From Eledone cirrhosa (lineage: Eukaryota), in assembly GCA_964016885.1 (NCBI GenBank), contig OZ024742.1, forward strand, positions 286,998,001 through 287,062,000: a stretch of 64,000 nucleotides of DNA, in the 5' to 3' direction. Shown here one piece after another: positions 25,896-39,000 of this stretch. Under the pieces are notes generated by a model. That model made no database searches. It was not told the origin of the DNA and saw only the letters and a list, made by a program, of their open reading frames with translations. A program made the position numbers and the translations under genes. Within the stretch, counting starts at the first letter, position 1, and the number at the start of each line of letters is the position of its first letter.

Positions 25896-28800
25896 CATCA
25901 TCATCATCACGGTTTTACGTCCGTTCTTCCACGCTAGCATGGGTTAGACGGGTTGTCCTGTTGTGGGCAGTGTCTGGTCGGCTGACCATGCCTTGATTTC
26001 TACAGCTGGATGCCCTTCCTAACACCAACCTCATTTACAGTGAGTGCTGGGTGCTTTTTCGTGGCGCCTACACGTCCACTTTACAGTATGGGCTGGGTGC
26101 TTTTTTGCCGTGGCACCTCCATGACCACCTTGCAGTGGGAGGGTGTGGGGGCATATTGTCTATATGCTTCAGCTTGTACCCATGGGAGGTCGGGTACTCT
26201 GTATTACTGCGTGACGCCAGAGGTCACGGTCGTGTGTCATCGTCTTTGAGAGGTGTAATTGGGTAAGGTCGGCTTTTATCACCTCATCCCAGGTCATCTT
26301 GGGTCTCCCCACTCCGCGGTTTCCATCGACGTCTAGTGCTCTGCACCTTTTTATGCAGCTCTCATCCTTCATACGCATCACATGTCCATACCAACGCAAC
26401 CGCCTCTCCTGCACACAGCATTTGATTCCTCTTATGCTCAGTCTCTCTCTCAATTCATTTATGCTTTGTCGGTCGCATATATTACTATTACACATCCATC
26501 GGAGCATGCAGGTTTCGTTTCTCTCTAATCTACGTAAGTCTTCCACCTTCAGTGCCCAGGTCTCACTACCATGTAACATTGCTGTTCGGATACACGCATC
26601 ATACAGTCTGCCTTTCATTTTATGTCCTAAATGCAAAGTATGGGTGCATAAAAGATGTAGTGGGATCACAGGTAAGCTAACCAAGAACATAGATTTTACA
26701 TGTGGCCGGTGCTCTGGTGCAATAAGTAGCAGCAAGTGCCCACAAAATACTAGCTCTTTCAATTGCGCAGAGGGTTCTATAGAAATAGTGGACAGCTTCC
26801 ATTACCTGGGCGATAAAATCAGCAGTGGGGGAGGGTGCTCTGAAAGTACAGTAGCTAGAGTCAGAACTGGTTGGAAAAAGTTCAGAGAGCTTATACCACT
26901 ATTAGCTGCTAAAAGGTTCTCCCTAAAAATGAAAGGCAGGTTGTACGATGCCTGCATACGAACAGCAATGTTGCATGGCAGTGAGACCTGGGCATTGTGT
27001 GCAGAGGATATACGCAGACTAGAGAGGAACGAAGCTTGCATGCTCCGCTGGATGTGTAACAGTAATATACGTGAACGGCAAAGCATAAACGAACTAAGGA
27101 AAAAATTAGAAATAAGAGGGATCAGATGTTGTTTACTCGAGAGAAGGCTACGTTGGTATGGACACGTGATGCGCATGAAAGTCGATAGCTGTATAACAAA
27201 GTGCAGGGCAATAAAGATAGACGGTAGCCACGGAATAGGCAGACCTAGAAAAACCTGGGATGAGCTGATAAACTCCGACATCACACACTTACACCTCTCC
27301 AAGACAATGTCACTGGACCGAGACCTTTGGCGGTACTCAGTAACAGAGAAGACCCGCCTTACCTAAATACATAGTAAAACCTACTACAGCCAGTAGGCAT
27401 CTCTAACAAAATACACCCCGTCCCACCACCACCACCCCCACCCCATCCACACCACCCCGTTCTATGTAAAGTTATGTTGGTGCCGCGCCATCGAGGCCGA
27501 AACAAATGAGATCGTGTAGGTGTCACGACAAAAAAACACACAGTCCACACTGTAATGTGGCCGTGTAGGCAACACGGTAAAAACCTCCCAGACCCACACT
27601 GTAAATGTGGTTGGTGTTAGGAAGGGCATCCAATTGTAGAAAACCTGCCAGACAGTCCTATGCGAGCAAGACAATCACTCTTGCCTCAAGTGGGACTACC
27701 CCCGTCCAAACCCATGCAAGCGTGGAACACGGACGTTAAACGTTGATGATGATGATGATGAAGCCTTTTGCAGCTAGCCGTGGCAGTAGTTCCCTGAACT
27801 TCTTCCATCCTGTTCTTACCCTAGTTATTGTACTTTCTGAACACCCACCTCCGCTGCTAATTCGGTTCACCTAGGTAGCAGAAGCTGTCTACTGTCTCTA
27901 CAGAGCCCTCCCAGAGATTGGTGGTACTTGTTTCCTGTGGCTGTTTGCTGCTTGCTGTCCCAGTACAGCTGCTGCATGTGAAGCCTACATTCTTAATTAA
28001 GCTTCCTGAGATCCCGCTACATCTCTTGTGTACCCATTGTTTGCATTTGGGGCAGAGAATGGAGTTCCTACCTACACCTTTCCTACATACTGAGCAACGC
28101 CATTTCCCTGAGGGGATCTGGGTTCTGTTTTCTCGTCTACTTACAAGGACCTTAGTCTTTGTCATGTTGACTTTGAGACCCTTTCTTTCTAGTCCCTGCT
28201 TCCAAGTTTGGAATTTCTTCTCTAGTTCTACCATAGATTCAGCTATGAGTGCGAGGTCATCAGCATACAGGAGTTCCCATCGGCATCCGGTCTTAAACTC
28301 CTCCGTTATTGCCTGCAGGACTATGATGAACAGGAGAGGGCTAAGAACAGAGCCCTGGTGGACACCAACCTGTACGCTAAATTCCTCACTATACTCATTG
28401 CTAATCCTAACTTTGCTGACTGCTCCCCTGACTCCTAGTTTTCTAAGAGCCCACCAAATTACAGCACGTGGAACTCTGTCAAAGGCTTTCTCGAGATCGA
28501 CGAATGCCAGGTAGAGTGGCTTACTTTTAGCTAGGTACTTTTCCTGTAACTGCCTCACAAGGAAGAGGGCATCAGTGGTGCCTCTTCCTGGTACAAACCC
28601 AAATTGCATCTCATCTAGTTTCACCCGGTCCCTAATTCTTTCTGTTACTTTCATGACCTGGTCCATCAGCTTTATACCTCTATAGTTTCCTCTATCGAGT
28701 GCATCACCTTTACCTTTGTAGCAGTTGACAATGATGCTACTGCACCAATCTTTTGGTATGACACCTTCTAGTGTTACCTGGTTAACAATACGTGTGGTTA

Positions 28801-31348
28801 TAGTGTGACCTACAGACCCAGATGCCTTCAGCATCTCGGCAGCTATACCCGATGGACCGGTTGCCTTCCCCATCTTCATATCTTTGATTGCCTTACTTAC
28901 TACGCTGCTGCTGACTTGTACTGCTGGACCTCTATAGGGTCTACTTGGGGTAGGGTCTCTTCTTCCCATGCATTCTCCTCATTTAGTAATCTTTCATAAT
29001 GACTCTTCCATGCATCTTTCTTCTCAGCACTTGTGAGGGCAAGCTCACCTTTATCATTCCGGATACACTTCTCTCCAATGACATCACAATTCTCTCTGAC
29101 ACACTGCCTCGCAATCTTGAACACCTCCTGTTTCTGGTCCTCTCGTTGCAAAACATGCTCGAATTTTCTATCCTGTGCTTCCCTCCTAGCTAAGTATACT
29201 TGTCGCCTAGCTTCCTTCTTGGTCTCTATGTAATGTACCCTGCTCCCCCCCGTTCTTCCATTCTTTCCATGCCTGTCTCTTGGCCTTAACTGCCTCATCT
29301 ACCTTATTGTTCCACCACCAAGTCACTCTCTTCCTGCTTGTGGTCTTACTCCAGCCACAGACCTCATCCGTCGCCTCTAGTAAGTTATTTTTTAGGAACT
29401 CCCAGTGCTATTCTACATTGAATGTCTCTATCTGTTCTTCTCTACTGTCGTAGGTGTTGAGTAAAATATCTTTAAATCTGTTACTGGCTGAGGAGTCTTT
29501 CAGCTTCCAGATCTTTCTTCTCCAGGTTGGCCTCTGTTTCCAGGTTCGTCTAGTTCTGACCGTGAGGTCGCTGACAACTAAGCTATGTTGGGAGGTACAT
29601 TCCTCACTAGGGAAAGCTTTTGTGTTTACGACCGTCCATCTGTCACGTCCTATGATGAGGATAAAATCTATCTGACTAGAATGCTCCCCTGATCTATAGG
29701 TGATCAGGTGGTTGTCGGGTTTTTTGAAGTTTGTGTTACATATCGACATGTCATTGGCGTCGCAGAATTCTAGAAGTCTGAATCCTTCTTCATTTCTTGT
29801 GCCAACCCCATGGCCTCCATGAACTCTATTGAAGCCATCACAGTGTTTACCTACGTGTCCGTTAAAATCTCCTGCGATGATTAGGAAGTCATTGTCATTT
29901 GTTAGAGCAGTAGTGTGCATTAGGGACTCGTAAAATCTACCCTTAAGTTCGTCTGGCAACCCCGATTGGGGTGCGTAAGCTGATATTATTGTGGTAATTG
30001 TTTTATTCGGGACTAGTCTGAGTTTAATGATTCTTGCATTTACTCTATACACTGAGATTACTTTATCTACCCACTTGTCAGCTAGTAGTATACCTACACC
30101 CCCCATCCCATCGTCATTTCACACCCAGAAAAATTTGTAGCACTGACTTTTTCCTACAAGGACTCTAGCAGACTCTCCTCTCCATCTAGTCTCTTGCACA
30201 CAGCATACATCAATTTCCTTTCGCTCTAGCATTTCTACGATTTCTCCTGCTCTTCCTTTCATTGTGCTTACATTGATGTACCAACTCGGAGTTTTGGGCA
30301 TTTGTCGACACTCGTAGGGAAGGGTCGATTTTTGCAGGGGTGTGTGTGTGCTTCCTCTCTCTGGATTGGGGCTTCACATGGGTGCTTGGTAGCTCGCGGA
30401 TTCATATTCATTTCATCTATTAATTCAGAGTTGCTCCAATTTATTCTCAGCTCATCCATCCATAACGGTAGGAAAATTCAGGGCTAGAAGAACAGCGGTG
30501 GTGGTAATAATGGCAGGGTGTGTTGGGCTGGGACGGGGGAGGAGAGAGTTAGGTAGTAGTAGTAGTAGAAGAAATGGCATGCTGAGGTTTGATTGGTCGA
30601 ATAGGCTATGGTGGTGTGAGGGGTGGGTGGGAGGGAAATTGTGAGGTAGGCAGTGAGGGTCGCCGTCAAGGCTAACAAACTAACCGATAGAATAACTTCA
30701 AGATGAGTGAGGAGGAATGGGTGAAGAGGGAACGGGAGGTAATAGGTGGCTTAGAGATAGAGAGATAGAGAGAGGGTAGCCATCATAGAGAGAGAGATAG
30801 AGAAAGGGTAGCCATCATAGAGAGAGGGTCGCTGTCAAGGCTAACAAACTAACCGATAGAATACAGCATGGCAAACTAACCGATAGAATACAGCATGGCA
30901 AACTAACCGATAGAATACAGCAACAATAATAGCCAGTCATGGCCTGTAGCCTTTGATGGAAAAATAGACAGATAGAGAGTCAGCATGGTAGGGGAAAATG
31001 AGGATAACAAAATAAATGTGTTGTGGTAGCTGAAATACCTGACAAGATTTGTATGGATGGATGGCTGGAACGTAGCTAAATCAACTCTAGTGATTCATTT
31101 TAGCCTTTCAGGGCAGAGTGTGTCTTATCTCTTCAATAACTTCAAGATGAGTGAGGAGGAATAGGTGAAGGGGGAACGGGAGGTAATAAGTGGATTAGAG
31201 ATAGAAAAATAGAGAGAGATAGAGAGAGGGTAGCCATCATAGAGAGAGAGATAGAGAGAGGGTAGCCATCATAGAGAGAGGGTCGCCGTCAAGGCTAACA
31301 AACTAACCGATAGAATACAGCATGTCAAAGTAGCTGATAGAATACAGC
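25896..31348 (-). mobile_element. RTE-clade LINE family A, full-length and disabled, interrupted by a family B fragment
   Basis: (GAT)n tail at 25896, APE at 29408-30301, RT at 27857-28969. The long 5' UTR has internal direct repeats (~30693-30870 vs ~31136-31325) and short ctaaccgatagaatacagca repeats. AAGT occurs at both junctions. Confidence 0.93.
26616..27760 (+). mobile_element. RTE family B 5'-truncated copy inserted antisense into family A
   Basis: Reverse complement of ~36088-37238; ends in (GAT)n. Confidence 0.93.
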
Positions 31349-31350
31349 AA

Positions 31351-31662
31351 GTGTGTTTAGATAAATCCATATCGAGTTCTGAGATCGTTCCGTTTATGAT
31401 TTCTAATGACTTAGATAGAGCCTATCCGAACGTGTTTGCCTTATACAAAATGTTCATAACTATTTCAGTTAGCTCGGCGCAGGCTGAGCGAACCTTCAGC
31501 AGGCTCAAACTGATAAAGAATTATTTGCGTAGTACCATGAGCGAAGAGCGCTTGAATGCTCTGGCAATGATGTACATAGAGCGAGAACTGGCTGAAAAAA
31601 TTGATTTCAGCATCGTGATTGAAAAATTTTCTAAATTAAAACATCGCAAATTAGAACTGTAG
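31351..31662 (+). pseudogene. hAT transposase C-terminal dimerisation domain
   Basis: Rejoins 25893 in frame (KE|VCLDK); hATC motif SAQAERTFSRL. Confidence 0.9.
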
Positions 31663-32023
31663 AACAAGTGATGTGCTCGAATGTGAAAGTAAAGTTTTAG
31701 ATGGACGATTTGTTGTACATACAAATTTTTGTTGGTGAATAATCGATTGCAAAACTTGTTTTTTTTATGAAGATAGACCACCGTCTTCACAGTTAATAAA
31801 GTTTTCACGGAACATGCTAACTCTGTAATCTATGATGCTGTCTACTCTATTATAAATTATTATCTATTCTATATGCGTGTATGAACATATTTCCTTGCAG
31901 CCGATGGAAATGAGCGTATGGAATTGGTGGGCTCCCTTTAGATCGAATTTGATACTGTACTAAGTACTAAGGGGCGATTACTCTATTGGTGACATAATGC
32001 ACCTATAGTGCCCAGACGGTTAA

Positions 32024-32345
32024 CCTCTTCAGTGCCGTAGATGAGATAACTCATCCTAACATGTATGCATTCCAGTGCCACGGATGAGATAACTCATCCT
32101 AACATGTATGCATTCCAGTGCCACAGATGAGATCTCTTGATCTCTTTTCCAACAGTTGAACTCTTTTCCAACAGTTCATAACTTCAAAGCTAGATGGGGT
32201 TACTAGTTTATCGATGTGACGTTGGTCAATCATTCAGATATGTGTTGTTAATAAATGTTTGTTTAAAAAAATAATCATTTTACTGAAAAAAAAATCCCCA
32301 GCACAGCAGCTGTAGCTGTGTAAAATATACACGTCAGTCAACAGG
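32024..32345. mobile_element. piggyBac-type MITE with an internal 42-43 bp tandem duplication
   Basis: TTAA-CCT...AGG-TTAA ends; repeats of cagtgccacggatgagataactcatcctaacatgtatgcattc. Confidence 0.55.
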
Positions 32346-32474
32346 TTAAACAAGTGTTTCAACCCTTGATTCCTCCTGACACTGTAAGGGAGCTGGGGCC
32401 CACCCAGGTCATTACTCCTAGGTGTCCTCTCTCTGCTGCAGATAAAAAAGTGTAGTAAGATTAGAATACTTTAC

Positions 32475-32634
32475 CTAAACCTTCTCCCAATCCAAGGAGG
32501 ACTCTGGATATCAAAAGTGCATTGATAGAATCAGCAAAAAAGGGGACCATAAACGTTGAGAGGGACCATAAAAAGACTGCCATTGCCAGCACTGACTTGC
32601 CGCCATATTTTCGTGCTGCACTCCCGCCAATTAC
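32475..32634 (-). CDS. SLC17/ACS-family transporter, coding exon 2
   Basis: CTTCAG acceptor, GTAAAG donor, 160 nt (phase 0 to 1). VIGGSAARKYGGKSVLAMAVFLWSLSTFMVPFFADSINALLISRVLLGLGEGL contains MFS motif A and the RxxxGxGEG motif. Confidence 0.92.
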
Positions 32635-32696
32635 CTGAAGAAGAAGAAAAGTTAATTTCATCACATGTCATTTATATCAATTTGATGACTATATAA

Positions 32697-33045
<349 letters not shown>

Positions 33046-33289
33046 GTCTCTACAAGCACATTCACACACACACACACACACACAGATAAATATATATATA
33101 TACCCATGCTAGCGTGGAAGAACGGACGTAAAACGGTGATGATGATGATGATGATGATATACATATATATATGGAAAAGAATGAAATGAAATTTCATTTC
33201 TCACTCTTAGTACGGCTGATACTTAAATATAAGTATGTATACGTACATAAATATATGTATACAGACGTACAGTAGTATGTATATATATA

Positions 33290-33617
33290 CATGGAGGCAC
33301 ATGGCCTTGCAATTGAAAGGTTGTGAGTTCAATTCTCAGACCGGGTGATGTGTTGTGTCCTTGAGCAAGACATTTTATTTCACATTGCTCCAGTTTACTC
33401 AGCTGTAGAAATGAGATGATAGGGACTGGGGTCCATATCATTCCACTGCAAAGTGGTCGTGGAGGTGCCATGGCCAAAAAGCACCCAGCACTCACTGTAA
33501 ATGAAGTTGGTGTTAGGAAGGGCATCCAGCTGTAGAAATCAAGCCAGAATCAGTTCCCGTCCCACCCTTGCAAGCAGAGAAAAAGCGAACGTAAAATGAA
33601 ATGATGATGATGATGAT
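33290..33617 (+). mobile_element. SINE family 2 (tRNA-like head, CORE-like middle, RTE-derived tail)
   Basis: GAGTTCAATTCTC box, ttgtgtccttgagcaagaca..cacattgctccag, then the RTE 3' UTR motif gttaggaagggcatccagctgtagaaa and (GAT)n. Related copies at ~13960-14250, 46720-47060, 51880-52190 and 60040-60260. Confidence 0.7.
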
Positions 33618-33644
33618 ACATACATGCACACATATATATATATC

Positions 33645-34130
33645 TACGTATGGGTTTACCAAACATTTATTATAATGTTCGGTTTGTTTGTAAACAAACA
33701 GCCCGAATTAAGCCATACAGTGTTCGGCAACCATCGTCGCCCTTTTGTTCAACACTGACAAAGGAACAATGAACTAGTTTCAAGCTTATTAACTATCGTC
33801 AGCATCGTATACCTTCCTGTCAGATGATTAAACGTTTGAAAGTATATACTTTCTTTATGCATATTAACGGCTGAGCAGCCTAATTTGCACATCGAGTGAG
33901 TTAGTCGGCCGGGCGTACCAAAATCGTTTTCGGTACGCCCGGCCGACTAACTCACTAGGAAGGTATACGATGCTGACGATAGCTAATAAGCTTGAAACCA
34001 GTTCATCGTTCCTTTGTCAGTGTTGAACAAAAGGGCGACGATGGTTGCCGAACACTGTATGGCTTAATTCAGGTTATTTGTTTACAAACAAACCGAACAT
34101 TATAATAAATGCTCGGTAAACCCATACGTA
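33645..34130. mobile_element. Fold-back element with 174-bp arms, twin hammerheads and an inner GC-rich hairpin
   Basis: 33645-33818 is the near-identical reverse complement of 33957-34130; perfect 25-bp inner stem at 33895-33919/33932-33956. Confidence 0.9.
33967..34009 (+). ncRNA. Variant hammerhead motif (mirror copy at 33766-33808 on minus strand)
   Basis: ACGATG-CTGACGA-T-AGC(TAATAA)GCT-T-GAAA-C(CA)G-TT-CATCGT: 6-bp stem I, GUU triplet, U-U at the base of stem II. Confidence 0.72.
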
Positions 34131-34234
34131 CATATATATGTGTGCATGTATGTATATATATACATACTACTGTACGTCTGTATACATATATGTATGTACG
34201 TATACATACTTATATTTACATATATATATATATA

Positions 34235-34304
<70 letters not shown>

Positions 34305-34718
34305 TACACACATACACACACATATATATATATATATATAACATTTTTTTTACTCCCACACACGTGCAAAAAACCACACTCTTCCATGCTAGCGTGGAAA
34401 ATGGACATTAAACGAAGATGATGATGATAAGTATACACACACACACACACACATATATACACGTATACGCACACACACATACACAACCACATATATATAT
34501 ATATACACACATACACATATATACATACACATATATATATATATACACACATACACATATATATATATATACACATACACATATATATATATATATACAT
34601 ACACATATATATATATATACATACACACATATATATATATACATACACACATATATATATCCATATATATATACACACACACATATATATCCATATATAT
34701 ATACACACACACATATCC

Positions 34719-34755
<37 letters not shown>

Positions 34756-34764
34756 TATATATCC

Positions 34765-34799
<35 letters not shown>

Positions 34800-34806
34800 T
34801 ATATCC

Positions 34807-34839
<33 letters not shown>

Positions 34840-34875
34840 TATATCCATATATATATATACACACACACATATATC

Positions 34876-34907
<32 letters not shown>

Positions 34908-34914
34908 TATATCC

Positions 34915-34978
<64 letters not shown>

Positions 34979-35012
34979 CCATATATACACACACACATAT
35001 ATATCCATATAT

Positions 35013-35057
<45 letters not shown>

Positions 35058-35097
35058 TACATATACATATATATATACATACATATACAAATATATA
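34131..35097. repeat. Compound (TA)n/(CA)n microsatellite with an RTE-tail fragment
   Basis: Read directly from the sequence. Confidence 0.95.
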
Positions 35098-35862
35098 GGA
35101 GGCGAGTGTTGTCTGATTTGATTTGTCCAGTCTTCTGAAGGCGTGGTTATGGGTATACCACTGAGTCTTAAAATTATTGGAAGTCATGCCGATGTAAGTC
35201 TTTTTGTTGTTGCTATCATCGGTGCCTGAGATCATATCACATCTGTATACAATGTCATTTGTCAGGCATTTGTTTTCAAGTGGGCAGGCTTCCTTATTTA
35301 GGCAGTTGCACAAGGCTTCAATCCGGGGATTGGGTTCGCAGGTGGTAGGCTTATTAATTTTTTTAGAATTGAGATTATCTATATTCCTAGCTAGGTTAGG
35401 TGTAGTGGAGTAGGAGAGTCTTATTGTGTTCTTATTGAAGATGGTGTAGTACCTATGCTGTATGGGGAAGTGTGTTTTCAGCAAAGTGAAGAAAGTCCTA
35501 GCTATAGGTGTAGAAACCTCTCTATTGAAGGGGGGGGGGGTTGTACCAGCTAATCTGCCTATGCCTATTCCTCCTATGCAGTTTTGCGGTGGTTTCTAGG
35601 TAAGTTATCTTTTCTTTAAATCACTCTGTCACTCTAAATATAAATTATAGCTTTAAAGAATCAGCTTTTAATGAATTCCCATTTCTTTCAACCAATGACC
35701 TCCACCCATCCCATTCCCCACCCTCTCCTACTACCAGAAAAATATAAATACCACCATATTTACTTGGACAGTCAGATTCCTGATGATTTCTCACGAATGA
35801 AACAGTTCTAGTCCTGTAGAAGCTCTTCTATATTAAAACTTTTATACTCTGCTATGTATTAT
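35098..35862 (-). mobile_element. Penelope-like element C: GIY-YIG fragment plus inverted pseudo-LTR (~35600-35862, hammerhead-like motif 35775-35813 on +)
   Basis: IFNKNTIRLSYSTTPNL...CNCLNKEACPLENKCLTNDIVYRC...YIGMTSNNFK. Confidence 0.85.
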
Positions 35863-36087
35863 ATATATATATATATATATATAATGTTGGGTATGAATCA
35901 AAGTTGTAGCTGCCATATAGCAGGTACTAATCCAGTTGTTTGAGGCAATCACAAAGCACTCAATGGATTGATAGGCTAAACATTATCATCCAGAGTAAAA
36001 CAACAGTTAAAAAGTGTGACATCAAGAAAAATGACCGAATGCAGTGGCTATGCTTATACCACAACAACAATAAATACAAAATATATA

Positions 36088-39000
36088 TATCATCATCATC
36101 ATCATCATCATCAACGTTTAACGTCCGTGTTCCACGCTTGCATGGGTTTGGACGGGGGTAGTCCCACTTGAGGCAAGAGTGATTGTCTTGCTCGCATAGG
36201 ACTGTCTGGCAGGTTTTCTACAGTTGGATGCCCTTCCTAACACCAACCACATTTACAGTGTGGGTCTGGGAGGTTTTTACCGTGTTGCCTACACGGCCAC
36301 ATTACAGCGTGGACTGTGTGTTTTTTTGTCGTGACACCTACACAATCTCATTTGTTTCGGCCTATGGCACGGCACCAACATAACTTTACATAGAACGGGG
36401 TGGTGTGGATGGGGTGGGGGTGGTGGTGGTGGGACGGGGTGTATTTTGTTAGAGATGCCTACTGGTTGGAGTAGGTTTTACTATATATTTAGGTAAGGCG
36501 GGTCTTCTCTGTTACTGAGTACCGCCAAAGGTCTCGGTCCAGTGACATTGTCTTGGAGAGGTGTAAGTGTGTGATGTCGGAGTTTATCAGCTCGTCCCAG
36601 GTTTTTCTAGGTCTGCCTATTCCGTGACTACCGTCTATCTTTATTGCCCTGCACTTTGTTATACAGCTATCGACTTTCATGCGCATCACGTGTCCATACC
36701 AACGTAGCCTTCTCTCGAGTAAACAACATCTGATCCCTCTTATCTCTAATTTTTTCCTTAGTTCGTTTATGCTTTGCCGTTCATGTATATTACTGTTACA
36801 CATCCAGCGGAGCATGCAAGCTTCGTTCCTCTCTAGTCTGCGTATATCCTCTGCACACAATGCCCAGGTCTCACTGCTATGCAGCATTGCTGTTCGTATG
36901 CAGGCATCGTACAACCTGCCTTTCATTTTTAGGGAGAACCCTTTAGCAGCTAATAGTGGTATAAGCTCTCTGAACTTTTTCCAACCAGTTCTGACTCTAG
37001 CTACAGTACTTTCAGAGCACCCTCCCCCACTGCTGATTTTGTCACCCAGGTAACGGAAGCTGTCCACTATTTCTATAGAACCCTCTGCGCAGTTGAAAGA
37101 GCTAGTATTTTGTGGGCGCTTGCTGCTACTTATTGCACCAGAACACCGGCCACATGTAAAATCTATGTTCTTAGTTAGCTTACCTGTGATCCCACTACAT
37201 CTTTTATGCACCCATACTTTGCATTTAGGACATAAAATGGAGTTTCTACCTACGCCTTTCCTACACACCGAGCACGACCATTTCCCAGAAGGGACCGCCG
37301 CCTTGTTTTCTTTCCTACAAACTAGAACTTTGGTCTTAGCCAGGTTAATTTTAAGTCCTTTTGACTCTAGGCCGTGCTTCCATGTTTGGAATTTCTTCTC
37401 TAGCTCGGCCATTGATTCCGCTATGAGTGTCAGGTCGTCTGCGTATAGGAGTTCCCATGGGCAGCCTGTCTTGAACTCCTCTGTTATAGCCTGAAGGGCA
37501 ATAATAAATAGTAGGGGGCTGAGAACGGAGCCCTGATGGACGCCAACTTTTACGCTAAACTCTTCACTATATTCGTTGTTAATTCTAACCTTGCTGACTG
37601 TTTCTTTATACATGGCTTGTATAGTCCTCACAAGCCATTCGTCAACGCCTAGTTTTCTAAGAGCCCACCAGATAATGGAGCGGGGGACTCTGTCGAAGGC
37701 TTTCTCCAAGTCGACAAAAGCTAAGTAGAGGGGTTTACCTTTAGCTAGGTACTTCTCCTGTAGTTGTCGTACTATGAAAAGAGCATCTGTGGTACTTTTG
37801 CCTGACACAAACCCGAACTGCATTTCATCTAGGTCGATTCTCTCTCTGATTAGTTGCGCTATTACTTTTTCCGTGACCTTCATGACCTGGTCGATTAATT
37901 TAATGCCTCTATAGTTACTCCTATCTAGGGCGTCTCCTTTACCCTTATAACAGTTAACGATGATGCTGCTATGCCAGTCCTTCGGAACAACCCCATTCTG
38001 TACGACTTGGTTAACTATGCGGGTGACCATAGTGTGTCCCACCGTGCCAGATGCCTTCAGCATCTCAGCAACTATTTCCGAAGGCCCAGCCGCCTTACCC
38101 GTCTTCATATCCTTGATTGCCTTACTTATTATACTCCCCTCGACTAACACTGCTGGTCCCTCTATTGGGTCGATATGGGGGAGACTGTCTTTCTCCCATT
38201 TATTCTCCTCATTTAGTAGCCTTTCGTAGTGACACTTCCAAGCTACCTTCTTATCAGCGTCGGTGATGGCAAGTGTGCCATCGTCGTTTAGTACACACTT
38301 CTCCCCGACAATATCACGGTTTTCCTTGACGCATTGCCTAGCAATCCTGAACACCTCACGTTTTTGGTCATCGCGTTGTAGAACATGCTTGAACTTTCTT
38401 TCCTCTGCTTCCCTTCTTGCGAAGTACACTTGTCTCCTAGCTTCCCTCCTGGCCACTTGATCATCTTCTCTACTTCCCCCATCCCGCCATACTTTCCAAG
38501 CCTGCTTTTTGGCCTTAATTGACCCCTCCACCTTACTGTTCCACCACCATGTTACTCTCCTCCTGCCTACAGGCCTGCTCCAGCCACAGACTTCGTCTGT
38601 CGCCAACAGCAGGTTTGCTTTCAGAAATTCCCACTCTCCCTCTATATTGTCCGACTCTAAATGTTCTTCCTTACTGTCGAAAGCATCAAGTAATATGCTT
38701 TGAAATTTATTCCTGGCTGTGGGGTCCTTTAGCTTCCATATTTTTCTCCTGAGGATAGTCCTCTTCTGCTGTCGAGTACGTCTCGTCCTGACTATGAGGT
38801 CGCTAATTATCAGTCTATGTTGGGAGGTGCATTCTTCATGGGGGAGGGATTTGGTGTTTACAACAGACACTCTGTCACGTCTTCTGGTAAGGATATAATC
38901 TACCTGGCTTGTGTGTTCCCCGGATCTATAGGTGATCAGGTGATTGTCACGTTTTTTGAAGTTAGTGTTACAGATAGTTAGGTTATTTGCATCACAGAAT

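Larger units (their letters stand above)
22257..31960 (+). mobile_element. hAT DNA transposon (ZMYM1-like transposase), interrupted by RTE LINEs; right terminus not identified
   Basis: Left end CAGTGGCGTAACTA interrupts a SINE. Transposase has YCFCCWLF zinc finger, LAFRGHRE, YDGASNMSG, VHCCAHNLNL and SDTRW; the C-terminal AERTFSRLKLIKNYLRSTM lies at 31351-31662. Confidence 0.88.

Noticed and set aside
26299-27366. 355-aa ORF as a novel gene
   Set aside because: Chimera of antisense RTE-A and sense RTE-B across an insertion junction.
31900-32450. Right TIR and TSD of the large hAT
   Set aside because: No TAGTTACGCCACTG-like sequence, no CCTGTAAG duplication and no SINE continuation were found; only GGGCCC-like subterminal motifs remain.
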